From: Paludibacteraceae bacterium
GTDB taxonomy: Bacteria > Bacteroidota > Bacteroidia > Bacteroidales > Paludibacteraceae
Assembly: GCA_045614865.1 (NCBI GenBank)
Contig: JAZLDS010000002.1
Coordinates: 4,252-68,251 of the forward strand
DNA: 64,000 bases
Direction of reading: 5' to 3'
Of this stretch, positions 40,573-50,629 are shown piece by piece (the first letter of the stretch is position 1; the number at the start of each line of letters is the position of its first letter). Both the position numbers and the translations under genes were made by a program. The notes beneath the pieces are model-generated. The model was not told where the DNA came from, did no database searches, and saw only the letters and a list, made by a program, of their open reading frames with translations.

Positions 40573-42531
40573 TTACTTCGCTTTCTTGCTTGCAAGAATG
40601 AAGTAAACAATCAAGGCAATATATGCCGCTACGCCCACGAGAGCAGCGCCCTTGCTAGTAGCCCAAACGCCCAGATAGCACTCTACGCCGCAGAACTTAA
40701 TCAAGGCACTTACTACACCCATCAACGCACCACCTGCGATGAAACCAGAGGCAATCAAAGTACCCTTCTCGTTGCGAGCCGCAGCCATTTCCTCTGCCTT
40801 CTCGCCATCCTTCTCGCGCTTGCGAGATACCAACCAAGAGATAGCACCACCTACGAGCAATGGAGTATTCAGGCTCAGTGGGATAAACATACCCAAAGCA
40901 AATGCCAATACTGGTACGCCTAAGATATTGAGAATCAACGCCAAAATAGCGCCTGCGAGATACAACATCCATGGTGCGCCTTGACCACTCATCAATGGCT
41001 CGATCACCGCAGCCATCGCGTTGGCTTGAGGAGCAACAAGCGCGTTGTCGCCTACGAAACCGTATGTCTTATTCAGAATAATCATCACACCACCTACGGT
41101 AGCTGCACTCACGAGGGTACCGAGGAACTTCCATGTCTCTTGTTTGCGAGGAGTAGTACCAATCCAGTAACCGATCTTGAGGTCGGTAATGAAACCACCA
41201 GCCATAGACAAGGCGGTACAAACCACACCACCAATAACCATGGCACCAACCATACCACTTGCCCCCTTCATGCCTACAGCTACGAAGATCACAGAAGCGA
41301 TAATGAGGGTCATCAAGGTCATACCACTAACAGGGTTGCTACCTACGATCGCAATCGCATTAGCTGCTACGGTAGTGAAGAGGAAAGCAATAATAGCCAC
41401 TACTAAGAAGGCCACTATGGCTTGCCATATATTGCCCAATACGCCAATCCAGAAGAATACCAAAGTTACGAGCAATGCTACTGCAATAGCCAAGACGATG
41501 AACTTCATGCTGAGATCTTTCTCTGTGCGGAGCGATGCAGTAATAACGGCTTTGCCTTTACCGCCAAGCTCTTTACCTGCCAAGCCAACAGCAGATTTGA
41601 TTACACCCCAACTCTTAACAATACCGATCAAACCAGCCATAGCAATAGCACCAATACCGATATTACGGCCATAATCCTTGAACATCAAGTCGGGATCCAT
41701 CGCTTCCATACCTGGCACGCTACCGAGCAATGGGAGCAACACCCACCACACAAAGAACGAACCCGCACAGATAACCGCAGCGTACTTGAGACCGATAATA
41801 TAACCCAAACCAAGTACCGCAGCAGAGGTGTTGATAGAGAACACGAGTTTGAACTTAGCTGCCAATGCCTCGCCCCAACCCGTCATACGGGTAGTGAGTT
41901 GCTCGGTCCAAAGGCCGAAAGTAGAAACAGCAAAATCGTACAAACCTCCGATTCCAGCGGCCCAAATAAGGGGTTTAGCTTGGTTGCCACCGCCCTCGCC
42001 AGACACAAGGACCTGGGTAGTAGCCGTAGCCTCAGGGAATGGATATTCGCCATGTTTTTCCTGCACGAAGTATTTACGGAAAGGAATGAGGAATAATATA
42101 CCCAAGCAGCCACCTAGTAAGGATGACAAGAACACTTGCATGAAGTTGACGGTAATCTCTGGATACTTAGCCTGCAAAATGTAGAGCGCAGGGAGGGTGA
42201 AGATAGCACCTGCTACGATCACACCAGAAGAAGCACCAATAGATTGGATGATGACATTCTCGCCAAGAGCGTTCTTGCGCTTCATAGCAGACGACAAACC
42301 TACGGCGATGATAGCGATCGGAATAGCAGCCTCGAATACTTGACCTACTTTGAGGCCCAGATAAGCAGCTGCGGCAGAGAAAATGACTGCCATCACTACA
42401 CCCATGATCACACTATAAGGGGTAATCTCAGGGTATGAATTTTGTGGTTTGAGAATAGGCTCGTACTTCTCTCCTGGCTTGAGAGGACGAGAGGCATTCT
42501 CGGGTAGTTGAATTTTGTTAGTTTCTTGCAT
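40573..42531 (-). CDS. OPT-family oligopeptide transporter
   Basis: 652-aa polytopic ORF. The N-terminus PLKPGEKYEPIL..ITPYSVIMGV and overall layout fit the OPT superfamily. Confidence 0.8.
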   Translation of the reverse strand: MQETNKIQLPENASRPLKPGEKYEPILKPQNSYPEITPYSVIMGVVMAVIFSAAAAYLGLKVGQVFEAAIPIAIIAVGLSSAMKRKNALGENVIIQSIGASSGVIVAGAIFTLPALYILQAKYPEITVNFMQVFLSSLLGGCLGILFLIPFRKYFVQEKHGEYPFPEATATTQVLVSGEGGGNQAKPLIWAAGIGGLYDFAVSTFGLWTEQLTTRMTGWGEALAAKFKLVFSINTSAAVLGLGYIIGLKYAAVICAGSFFVWWVLLPLLGSVPGMEAMDPDLMFKDYGRNIGIGAIAMAGLIGIVKSWGVIKSAVGLAGKELGGKGKAVITASLRTEKDLSMKFIVLAIAVALLVTLVFFWIGVLGNIWQAIVAFLVVAIIAFLFTTVAANAIAIVGSNPVSGMTLMTLIIASVIFVAVGMKGASGMVGAMVIGGVVCTALSMAGGFITDLKIGYWIGTTPRKQETWKFLGTLVSAATVGGVMIILNKTYGFVGDNALVAPQANAMAAVIEPLMSGQGAPWMLYLAGAILALILNILGVPVLAFALGMFIPLSLNTPLLVGGAISWLVSRKREKDGEKAEEMAAARNEKGTLIASGFIAGGALMGVVSALIKFCGVECYLGVWATSKGAALVGVAAYIALIVYFILASKKAK

Positions 42532-42559
42532 ATAAACCTTAATTTTATGATTTGACCGA

Positions 42560-42567
42560 CAAAGGTA
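42560..42567 (-). promoter_or_regulatory. -7 box TACCTTTG (OPT transporter)
   Basis: TAnnTTTG match about 29 nt upstream of ATG 42531. Confidence 0.6.
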
Positions 42568-42599
42568 CTACTTTTTTCTGAAAAATATTCTCTTTTTCA

Positions 42600-42669
42600 C
42601 TCAAAAAAACATTTTTTCTAGAAAAAATTTGCGTATTTGCAATTTTTGTCGTACCTTTGCAGCCGATTT
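42600..42669 (+). promoter_or_regulatory. conserved tRNA promoter module (TACCTTTG at 42652-42659)
   Basis: Near-identical to 18195-18264. About 20 nt upstream of tRNA-Cys. Confidence 0.75.
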
Positions 42670-42678
42670 GAAAATTAT

Positions 42679-42749
42679 GGTACCTTGCCCGAGCGGTTAG
42701 GGATCGGTCTGCAAAACCGGGGACGGCGGTTCGAATCCGCCAGGTACCT
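42679..42749 (+). tRNA. tRNA-Cys (GCA)
   Basis: Acceptor GGTACCT/AGGTACC, anticodon loop CTGCAAA, T-arm GGCGG-TTCGAAT-CCGCC. Confidence 0.9.
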
Positions 42750-42753
42750 CTCG

Positions 42754-42782
42754 AGAAGCCGCTTGAAAAAGCGGCTTCTTTT
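42754..42782 (+). terminator. terminator after tRNA-Cys
   Basis: Stem GAAGCCGC/GCGGCTTC with loop TTGAAAAA, then TTTT. Confidence 0.75.
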
Positions 42783-42835
42783 GATTTAATAACTCCGTTT
42801 TTTCGGAAGGTCCGGGTAGTCCGGAGATATATAAT

Positions 42836-44266
42836 ATGAAAGAAATAGAAGAAATTACCAAACAAGAATATAAGTACGGCTTTACCACAGATGTAGAGAC
42901 CGATATTATTCCTGTGGGATTGAGCGAAGATATTGTTCGACTGATTTCTGCGAAGAAGAATGAGCCGGATTGGCTATTGGAGTTTCGATTGAAAGCATAT
43001 CGAAAGTGGTTGACAATGGAGCATCCCAATTGGGCACATCTAGATATTCCTGAGATAGATTTTCAGGCGTTGTCGTATTATGCGGCACCTAAGACACACA
43101 CGGGCGAGGAGAAGAAAGAGATTGATCCTGAACTCTTGAAAACGTTTGATAAATTGGGTATTCCGTTGGAGGAACGGGCTGCATTGGCAGGTAATATGGC
43201 TGTGGATGCAGTGATGGATTCCGTGTCTGTTAAAACGACTTTCCGTGAAACACTTGCTGAGAAAGGAATAATCTTCTGCTCGATATCTGAGGCTGTACAT
43301 GAGTATCCTGAATTGGTAAAGCAGTATTTGGGTTCGGTAGTACCTGCAAGTGATAATTTCTACGCAGCCTTGAACTCGGCGGTATTCTCAGATGGATCAT
43401 TCGTGTATATCCCTAAGGGTATTCGTTGCCCGATGGAGTTGAGTACTTATTTCCGTATAAACGCCGGTAATACTGGTCAGTTTGAACGTACGTTGTTGGT
43501 AGCAGATGAGGGCGCGTATTTGAGTTATTTGGAGGGGTGCACTGCTCCGATGCGTGATGAGAACCAATTGCATGCAGCCATCGTAGAGATTGTAGTGCAC
43601 AAAGATGCTGAGGTGAAATATTCTACCGTGCAAAACTGGTATCCTGGTGATAAGGATGGTAAAGGTGGTATTTATAATTTCGTTACCAAACGTGGTATTA
43701 CGCATGAAAACGCTCGCTTGAGTTGGACACAAGTAGAGACAGGTTCTGCTATTACATGGAAGTACCCTAGTTGTATTTTGAAGGGTGATAACTCTAATGC
43801 CGAATTTTACTCGGTGGCAGTAACCAATAACTATCAACAGGCGGATACGGGAACGAAGATGATTCATATTGGCAAGAACACGCGCTCGCGTATAATAAGT
43901 AAAGGTATATCTGCAGGTAGAAGCCAGAATGCGTATCGTGGTTTGGTGCGCGTGATGCCAAATGCAGAGAATGTTCGCAACTATAGCCAATGCGATAGCC
44001 TATTGTTGGGTGACAAATGTGGTGCGCATACTTTCCCTACAATGCGCATACAAAATCCTACTGCAATCATTGAGCACGAGGCCACGACAAGTAAGATTAG
44101 CGAGGATCAATTATTCTATTGTCAGCAAAGAGGTATCGGTGTGGAAGATGCTGTTGGCTTGATCGTGAATGGCTATGCCAAGGAAGTAATGGACAAACTG
44201 CCAATGGAGTTTGCCGTAGAAGCACAAAAGTTGTTGCAAGTAAGCTTGGAAGGTAGTGTGGGTTAA
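42836..44266 (+). CDS. sufB: Fe-S cluster assembly protein SufB
   Basis: 476-aa [27 protein letters not shown] and GYAKEV.. are typical of SufB. Confidence 0.9.
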   Translation: MKEIEEITKQEYKYGFTTDVETDIIPVGLSEDIVRLISAKKNEPDWLLEFRLKAYRKWLTMEHPNWAHLDIPEIDFQALSYYAAPKTHTGEEKKEIDPELLKTFDKLGIPLEERAALAGNMAVDAVMDSVSVKTTFRETLAEKGIIFCSISEAVHEYPELVKQYLGSVVPASDNFYAALNSAVFSDGSFVYIPKGIRCPMELSTYFRINAGNTGQFERTLLVADEGAYLSYLEGCTAPMRDENQLHAAIVEIVVHKDAEVKYSTVQNWYPGDKDGKGGIYNFVTKRGITHENARLSWTQVETGSAITWKYPSCILKGDNSNAEFYSVAVTNNYQQADTGTKMIHIGKNTRSRIISKGISAGRSQNAYRGLVRVMPNAENVRNYSQCDSLLLGDKCGAHTFPTMRIQNPTAIIEHEATTSKISEDQLFYCQQRGIGVEDAVGLIVNGYAKEVMDKLPMEFAVEAQKLLQVSLEGSVG

Positions 44267-44287
44267 GATGATGGGGCAGCAAGGCGC

Positions 44288-44491
44288 TTAATCAAAGAGA
44301 GTAGGTGAATCGCTGTCAAATCGCTTAAGAATATTGCGCATGAGCGTCTCGCGAATCAAGCGAGAACGATTTTTTACGGTATATTGGTTACAATAGCGTT
44401 CCAAGGCACGCATTTCGCTATCGTTCAGCAAGATCGATATGCGATTTTTACGTGCGGCTGGTTTGCTATGTAATTTTTTAATTGTTTTCAT
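44288..44491 (-). CDS. ribbon-helix-helix (CopG-like) small protein
   Basis: RISILLNDSEMRALERYC..NRSRLIRETLMR fits a strand-helix-helix pattern. The TAACTTTG box at 44513-20 favours ATG 44491. Confidence 0.45.
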   Translation of the reverse strand: MKTIKKLHSKPAARKNRISILLNDSEMRALERYCNQYTVKNRSRLIRETLMRNILKRFDSDSPTLFD

Positions 44492-44512
44492 CAGAAAAAA
44501 CGATTTGCGCTG

Positions 44513-44520
44513 CAAAGTTA
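44513..44520 (-). promoter_or_regulatory. -7 box TAACTTTG (RHH small gene)
   Basis: TAnnTTTG match about 22 nt upstream of ATG 44491. Confidence 0.55.
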
Positions 44521-44561
44521 CAATTATTTTTGCATATACGCAAATCGTGACGTTCAGTTTG

Positions 44562-46199
44562 TCAAAATTCTTTATCCTCTATTATTGCAAAATCAATGAG
44601 TTTGCGTTCGATATCCACTTTGGTTACTCGTACTCGAACAGGATCTGAAAGCGTGTATGTCTTGCCACTACGGGCTGCGATCAAGCAGTAGTTTTCTTCG
44701 TCGAATTGCATATAATCATTAGGTGCAATCGTGCGAATAGGTACTAATCCTTCGGTCAGAGTATCAGTGAGTTGTACAAAGAGTCCAAATTCTGTAACAC
44801 CACTGATGACTGCATCAAATTCTTCTCCCAGATGACTACTAATCCATTTGGCGTGCATCTCTTTTACGGAATCTCGTTCTGCCGTTTGAGCTGCTAATTC
44901 GCATTCTGAGCAATGTACGCATGCTTGCTCCAGTTCTTCCTTATCGCTGCGGCATTTTTCCTTTGATTGCAAAAGATATTTAGATACGAGTCGGTGTACC
45001 ATCATATCGGGATAACGGCGAATCGGTGAGGTAAAATGGGTATAGTAAGGAAAAGATAGTCCATAGTGACCGATGTTATCGGTAGAATACAGCGCTTTTG
45101 CCATGGCGCGAATAGTGAGCGTCTCGATAAGCGTTTGTGATGGTTTACCTTGGCAATCGTCAAGCAAAGCATTGATATGCTTGTGGGTTGTTTTGTTGTT
45201 GCTGGATACTTTGAGATTAAAACCAAATCGTTTGATAAAGTTGCTGAGTTTGCTGATTTTCTCAGGATCAGGGTTATCATGTACGCGGTAAACAAAAGGT
45301 TTGGCTTCTTGCTTTGCACTTGCTTGATCGTTTTCCAGTTTTTTCTTCTTACCTATCTCAGTGGCTACTATACGATTGGCGAGAAGCATGAATTCTTCGA
45401 TTAAGTGATTGGTATCAAATGACTTGTGGAAGAATATCTCAATAGGATTATTATTATCGTCTAGTCGGAAATGTACCTCTGGTGATTCGAAGTTGATAGC
45501 TCCTTGTCTAAATCGGTTGGCACGTAATTGCTTGGCCAGTTGATTGATGGATTGAAGGGCTGTCACTAGGTGTAAGTCGGAAGGCACCTCGATACTATCA
45601 AGGATGTTTTGTGCTTGCCGATATGTGAGTCGATGGGTAGAACGGATGACTGTACGACAAATCTTATGGCGAACCACTTTAGCTTGCTGATCCATTTCTA
45701 GGATAACAGACATGCAAAGTTTATCTTCATTGGGGCGAAGGCTACACAACTCGTTGCTCAATCGCTCAGGGAGCATAGGTACTACTCTATCAACGAAATA
45801 GACGCTTGTTCCTCGTTGATAGGCTTCATCGTCGAGGGCTGTTTGCTCATGGACATAGTGTGTCACATCGGCAATATGAACCCCGACTTGGTAGTTGCCT
45901 GTGTCAAGGATTGTGAATGATATGGCATCGTCAAAATCTTTCGCTTCGTCAGGGTCAATAGTAAAAGTCAAAACGTCGCGCATGTCTCTACGACGGAGTA
46001 TCTCGTTGTGCGGAATGGTGGTAGGCAATTGCTTAGCTTCATCCAGAACTTCGTCGGTAAAAGAGTCTGAAATAATATACTCTTTCATCTCTTTGTCCGT
46101 ATGAGCAAGCTTTTGTTGCGCTTGGATATTATTGCGATTCCTACGTTCAAGGGCTTTCTCTCGACGAAGTTTTTTTGCTATGAGATCTTTTGTTCGCAT
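44562..46199 (-). CDS. RNase II/R-family 3'-5' exoribonuclease (RNB + S1 domains, no N-terminal cold-shock domains)
   Basis: RNB motifs TIDPDEAKDFDDAIS and HFTSPIRRYPD. C-terminal S1-like EFDAVISGVTEFGLFV. Only about 95 basic residues precede the RNB domain. ATG 46199 (MRTKDL) is preferred over 46289. Confidence 0.8.
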   Translation of the reverse strand: MRTKDLIAKKLRREKALERRNRNNIQAQQKLAHTDKEMKEYIISDSFTDEVLDEAKQLPTTIPHNEILRRRDMRDVLTFTIDPDEAKDFDDAISFTILDTGNYQVGVHIADVTHYVHEQTALDDEAYQRGTSVYFVDRVVPMLPERLSNELCSLRPNEDKLCMSVILEMDQQAKVVRHKICRTVIRSTHRLTYRQAQNILDSIEVPSDLHLVTALQSINQLAKQLRANRFRQGAINFESPEVHFRLDDNNNPIEIFFHKSFDTNHLIEEFMLLANRIVATEIGKKKKLENDQASAKQEAKPFVYRVHDNPDPEKISKLSNFIKRFGFNLKVSSNNKTTHKHINALLDDCQGKPSQTLIETLTIRAMAKALYSTDNIGHYGLSFPYYTHFTSPIRRYPDMMVHRLVSKYLLQSKEKCRSDKEELEQACVHCSECELAAQTAERDSVKEMHAKWISSHLGEEFDAVISGVTEFGLFVQLTDTLTEGLVPIRTIAPNDYMQFDEENYCLIAARSGKTYTLSDPVRVRVTKVDIERKLIDFAIIEDKEF

Positions 46200-46324
46200 G
46201 TAGTTGTCTGTAATAGTTTCAATATATCTGTACAAAAAGTATGCAAAAAAAGTATAAGGCTGACAAAATGGCAAAAAACAAGAGTGCACTTGGCACTCTT
46301 GTCTTTTATTTGATGTAGAAATGA

Positions 46325-49189
46325 TTATTTAATCTCTTGTCCCATCATGTTGAAGGTCTTGCCATCACGGATGATGAGCACTTGACCGTTGCGGATAACC
46401 TTATGTGTTTGAGAAGCAACGGTAGCGTTCTCGAGAGCAGTACCAGTACCTTGTGCTCTTTGAGTGAAAGCATGAACTTGTTTATCAGCAAGCAAGTAGA
46501 TGGTCAAGTAACCCTCGTTGTCAACAAATGCGGTAGCAGCTGCTGTGGTAGCATCTACTGCAGGTGAAATCTCGGTATAGGTAGTGATTTCCTTTGCATT
46601 GTTGAATCCATCTGTAATACCCAATATCTTCACACCAGCTAAGAAGCCCTCTGAATCAGCATAAGGAGCAATCATGAGATGGTGATCGTCGTGGTTCTTG
46701 AGATAGCTAGCACCGCTGTATTTCTTGCCGAGGAGATCTGCATCAAGCGCAGTGTAAGTGCTAATTGCTACTCCATTTTCCGCTACGAACTCAATAGGTG
46801 AACTCAAATCACCATCTACTACCCACTTACCTTTAGCGAGAGGTGATGCATTTAACTGATATGTTTCCGCACCGATAACATCATTGTTAAGTTGAGCTAT
46901 TTCTCGACTATATTTGTAGTTGGCATCTGTGTAGCTACCATCTACAACTTCAAGATGTGAGAAACGGGTTTTTGCATTTGATTTGTTGAATGCAGAAATA
47001 GTTACTTGTGCATTAGTAGAAGTACCATTCACAGCCATGGTGTATCCCATATATGCATCGTTGAAGTTACCAGACTTTTGAGATGTGAACCATACTGTAG
47101 GATCACTAGCTAGGTCATTCCAAATGTAGAAATAAGATGTATTAGAAGCTGTGAAAGTGCAATGTACATAGTTACATGCTACGAGTTTACCATCTTCTGT
47201 AACTGCAATGTCAGAGATAGAAATGAATCCTTCTGCTGCAGGTTCTACACCATCAGTTGAAATCTTGGTGATGGTGTTAGTCGCATGATCGATGCTATAG
47301 ATATAAGGAGTTTTCTCATCGTCGTGTGAGAGAACGATTATATTCGCACCCTTTTGAACTACACGTTTAATTTTACCAACAATGTCTCCGCTATAATCTT
47401 GAACATGTAGAGGATTCAAGTTGATAGATGCAGGAAGAGACATACGGAAGTTAGCAGTAATTTCTTCTTCTTTAGTTACAATAACGTTCAAAGGGTTCTC
47501 TGTACTGCCATTGCTCCAATTAACAAATTCGTATCCGTCGTTTTCAGTTGCAAATAATTCAATGGTAGTATTATAGTCATACAAACCGCTACCGGTTACA
47601 CTACCATACTCATCGTTGTTAGCAATCGCATTAACGGTATATTTGAGTGCCTCGAAGTTGGCAGTAACGAATACATCGCGATCAACATTAAGTGTCAATG
47701 GATTCTCGGTATATGTGTCACCATCAATAGTCCAACTAATGAACTCATATCCTGTATTAGGAGTAGCAGTGAGAGTTGCAGTTGTTCCCTCAAGATAGTT
47801 ACCTTTACCTTCTACCTTGCCCATATTTTCATCGTGGTTAACCTCTACAGCATAGAATGTACCTTCTACGCCACCTTCTTGCAAGGTAAATTGATATTTA
47901 GTAGCACATGGAGTAGAGACTGTACCTCCGTATGGCATAGCATAGAAAGTAAGGGTCTCAGCAGAGCGGTTTGTTACGTATAAGTTACCAGCATAGTCCC
48001 AGGAAAGTGCAGTATGGTTCTTTCCGGCGGTAGTTATCGTATATTGGGATGTCAAGGTGATTTTCCCACTTCCATTTCTAGAAACTGCGTAGATGGTGAG
48101 TTTTTGGGTTCCAGCACCAACAACAGCTAGTAAACTGCCATCAGGACTAATAGCTATACCACCATTGGTTGTTCCATTGTGTGAAAGTCCTTCGTTGAAA
48201 TTATTATAGTCTACGCCTGATGCAATGACGTGTGCAATAGTAGGCTCGGTGGTTGTAGCAGTTGCACGGTGTTGTGTAAGCCATATACCGTCATTTAGAT
48301 CATAAGATATGTATGCGTTGTCAGTTACAAGTGAGAGCGATTTTTCTGTAGTAAGATCTTTTTTTACATATGTACGGGAAGGTGTAGTCTCTGTCCATGT
48401 TGTAGCTGTGCCCAAATCATATTCTGTAATGATACGTTCGTCTGTAGATAGCATAACGAGTTGCAAGTCTTCACCTGCACCCTTTACGTCGATACCGATG
48501 GTTTTACCCTTAATAGTAGTAAATATATCTTTAAAATCCTCATTCAAATCAGCAGGATTCACTTCAACAACAGGAGATACTTCAGTAGGGGTAAAACGAG
48601 AAACAAATACGCGACCGTCTCCAGCTACAACAACGCGACTGATATCATCTGTTCCATATGTGATACCACCTGTAAACACATAGCCACCTGTAGCATTTTG
48701 AATAGGAGTTAATGTTGGATCAAAGGCGTAGAGTCCCTTACCTTCTTTTGAGTGGTATGCATTACCACCGGCAGTTGCTTCTGTTGCATAAATACGACCA
48801 AAGTATGGGCTTTCTGGACTGTTGTCAACATCTACACCGCGAGGTAGACAAAAACCGAATTGTGTGTCCTGCAGGGTAGGAGCAGATACAGAATTACCCT
48901 CTACAACTACTCTCCAAGATTGTGGAGAAGCAGTAGGGATACCTTCGGTAGAAATCTCTACAGAATGTGAACCTTTCTGGAGGTTAGATCCAGTACATTC
49001 AACTTCTTTAGCATCATTGCCAATAATGATTCTCACAGATGTAGCATCTGCGTTGAGCGAATAGTTAACGGTCAACGTCTTTTGATCTAGAGACAAGTGA
49101 GAAGAAAGAGCGTAAGCAAATGGGTTCAATGCAGCAAATGATACTGCGCTGAATAGCAATGCAATCGCAAAAAGAGATAGTTTCTTCAT
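46325..49189 (-). CDS. secreted T9SS cargo protein with InlB-B-repeat-like modules and C-terminal sorting domain
   Basis: Signal peptide. Two GYEF(I/V)(S/N)W..NPL..V..D..(I/V)TANF repeats. The C-terminal KVIRNGQVLIIRDGKTFNMMGQEIK resembles a Por_Secre_tail CTD. Confidence 0.7.
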   Translation of the reverse strand: MKKLSLFAIALLFSAVSFAALNPFAYALSSHLSLDQKTLTVNYSLNADATSVRIIIGNDAKEVECTGSNLQKGSHSVEISTEGIPTASPQSWRVVVEGNSVSAPTLQDTQFGFCLPRGVDVDNSPESPYFGRIYATEATAGGNAYHSKEGKGLYAFDPTLTPIQNATGGYVFTGGITYGTDDISRVVVAGDGRVFVSRFTPTEVSPVVEVNPADLNEDFKDIFTTIKGKTIGIDVKGAGEDLQLVMLSTDERIITEYDLGTATTWTETTPSRTYVKKDLTTEKSLSLVTDNAYISYDLNDGIWLTQHRATATTTEPTIAHVIASGVDYNNFNEGLSHNGTTNGGIAISPDGSLLAVVGAGTQKLTIYAVSRNGSGKITLTSQYTITTAGKNHTALSWDYAGNLYVTNRSAETLTFYAMPYGGTVSTPCATKYQFTLQEGGVEGTFYAVEVNHDENMGKVEGKGNYLEGTTATLTATPNTGYEFISWTIDGDTYTENPLTLNVDRDVFVTANFEALKYTVNAIANNDEYGSVTGSGLYDYNTTIELFATENDGYEFVNWSNGSTENPLNVIVTKEEEITANFRMSLPASINLNPLHVQDYSGDIVGKIKRVVQKGANIIVLSHDDEKTPYIYSIDHATNTITKISTDGVEPAAEGFISISDIAVTEDGKLVACNYVHCTFTASNTSYFYIWNDLASDPTVWFTSQKSGNFNDAYMGYTMAVNGTSTNAQVTISAFNKSNAKTRFSHLEVVDGSYTDANYKYSREIAQLNNDVIGAETYQLNASPLAKGKWVVDGDLSSPIEFVAENGVAISTYTALDADLLGKKYSGASYLKNHDDHHLMIAPYADSEGFLAGVKILGITDGFNNAKEITTYTEISPAVDATTAAATAFVDNEGYLTIYLLADKQVHAFTQRAQGTGTALENATVASQTHKVIRNGQVLIIRDGKTFNMMGQEIK

Positions 49190-49255
49190 GATTAAATTGA
49201 TTTAAAGTTAATAATATGGTTAATTATGGTGTTTTTATCGTAAAGATAACCGGCG

Positions 49256-49263
49256 CAAAGGTA
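49256..49263 (-). promoter_or_regulatory. -7 box TACCTTTG (T9SS cargo gene)
   Basis: TAnnTTTG match about 67 nt upstream of ATG 49189. Confidence 0.5.
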
Positions 49264-49346
49264 AGAAAATATTTTCGGATATGCAAATATAAAATCAAAA
49301 AAATGAAAATTTATGTTAATAGGTTGCGTATTTCAAAAAAAAGTAG

Positions 49347-49354
49347 TAACTTTG
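49347..49354 (+). promoter_or_regulatory. -7 box TAACTTTG (DUF5063 / exonuclease / rlmI operon)
   Basis: TAnnTTTG match about 33 nt upstream of ATG 49387, preceded by TTGCGTATTTC as in the tRNA modules. Confidence 0.6.
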
Positions 49355-49386
49355 CCACGAATTTTGTGCAGACAGAAACCGCGATT

Positions 49387-49911
49387 ATGACAAAGGCCAA
49401 TACGCATTATGTATATCAAGAGCCAGCTATAGAATTTGTGACTGTAGCGGTGCAGTTGTGCTTATACTTGGAGCAAGCAGATACACAAGAAAAATCCGAT
49501 TTCATCGATAAAATGTTGTGTCTCTTGCCCCTCTTATATTTGAAAGCGCGTCTCCTTCCAAAGGGTAGGGAGGAAATGGAAGGCTATGTAGAGCGCTTTG
49601 TAACGGAAGTGGAGTATGAGGATATGCGACAAATGGTAGCGGCAAAACTGGGTTCGGATGATGCGTATTTAGAGGTTTTTGTGGAGGATATGCGCTATTC
49701 AGATGAGCCGATTACCGCGTTTGTGTCGGAAAACATAGCGGATATATATCAAGAAGTCAAAGATTTAGCATGCAACTATCAAACAAGAGAAGAGGCCGTG
49801 ATGAATGATGCTTTGGTAAGTTGTATAGACGCTTTTGAACAGCATTGGGGACAGAAATTACTAAATGTATTGCGTGCGTTGCATGCATTGTCGTTATTAG
49901 AAGATGAGTAG
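49387..49911 (+). CDS. DUF5063-like protein
   Basis: The TAACTTTG box at 49347-54 excludes the ORF-track start 49216; ATG 49387 (MTKANTHYVYQEP) is preferred. The family call is from memory of the gene that commonly precedes the 3'-5' exonuclease in Bacteroidales. Confidence 0.55.
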   Translation: MTKANTHYVYQEPAIEFVTVAVQLCLYLEQADTQEKSDFIDKMLCLLPLLYLKARLLPKGREEMEGYVERFVTEVEYEDMRQMVAAKLGSDDAYLEVFVEDMRYSDEPITAFVSENIADIYQEVKDLACNYQTREEAVMNDALVSCIDAFEQHWGQKLLNVLRALHALSLLEDE

Positions 49912-50629
49912 TTTTTTGCCAAATACGTTTGCTGCACACATTGATAAGGTAGCTATTCAGGAGTTGCCAGTTGTGTGGTTTGAGGGAGATGTGATCGTGA
50001 TAGATCGTCCTGAGATGGTAGCAGAAGCTGCTGCGTATTTGCGTGAGCATACCGTTTTGGGTGTAGATACGGAGGCGCGTCCCTCTTTCAAACGTGGGGT
50101 GCATTATCCGACGGCTTTGGTGCAGATTGCGACGCTCGAGAGATGCTATCTATTTCGATTAACGCATGTGGGTTTACCCGTTGAAATCGCAGAAATCTTG
50201 GCAAATCCAGCGATCTGTAAGGTGGGATTGGCGTTCAAAGATGATATTAACGGACTGAGAAGAAGGCGCGATTTTAAGCCAGCGAATTGTGTGGATTTGC
50301 AGTCGATTGTGTGTAAATATGGTATAATGGAACTGGGTTTGCAGAAGATTTTTGCCATTATCTTCGGTAAAAAAATCAGTAAAGCTCAGCAATTAACCAA
50401 TTGGGAAAATTCGCATCTTACGCCCGAGCAAGCGCGCTATGCCTCGACAGACGCATGGGCGACACTAAGCATTTATTTGGCATTACAACAGGTCAAACCA
50501 TTGTCTAAAAGGGCGGTAGAAGCACTGAAACGTGCAGAAAGAGAGGCGCAGATACAACGTCAGATGGAGGCCATGGCGAAAAAGCAACAAGAAAACGAAA
50601 AACTGAAAGCTGAAAACGAAAAGGTATGA
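49904..50629 (+). CDS. 3'-5' exonuclease (DEDDy, RNase D-like domain)
   Basis: VLGVDTEARPSF (ExoI), ..FKDDINGL.. and YASTDAW (ExoIII). Confidence 0.8.
   Translation: MSSFLPNTFAAHIDKVAIQELPVVWFEGDVIVIDRPEMVAEAAAYLREHTVLGVDTEARPSFKRGVHYPTALVQIATLERCYLFRLTHVGLPVEIAEILANPAICKVGLAFKDDINGLRRRRDFKPANCVDLQSIVCKYGIMELGLQKIFAIIFGKKISKAQQLTNWENSHLTPEQARYASTDAWATLSIYLALQQVKPLSKRAVEALKRAEREAQIQRQMEAMAKKQQENEKLKAENEKV

Noticed and set aside
40558-42438. A series of 80-224-aa ORFs on both strands overlapping the OPT transporter gene
   Set aside because: They are shadow frames of a GC-rich membrane-protein gene. None has a recognisable motif or an independent start context.
42679-42835. tRNA-Cys immediately upstream of sufB as a T-box-like or cysteine-sensing regulatory coupling
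   Set aside because: A strong intrinsic terminator (42754-42782) separates them. No specifier or antiterminator structure is visible, and T-box riboswitches are not characteristic of this phylum.
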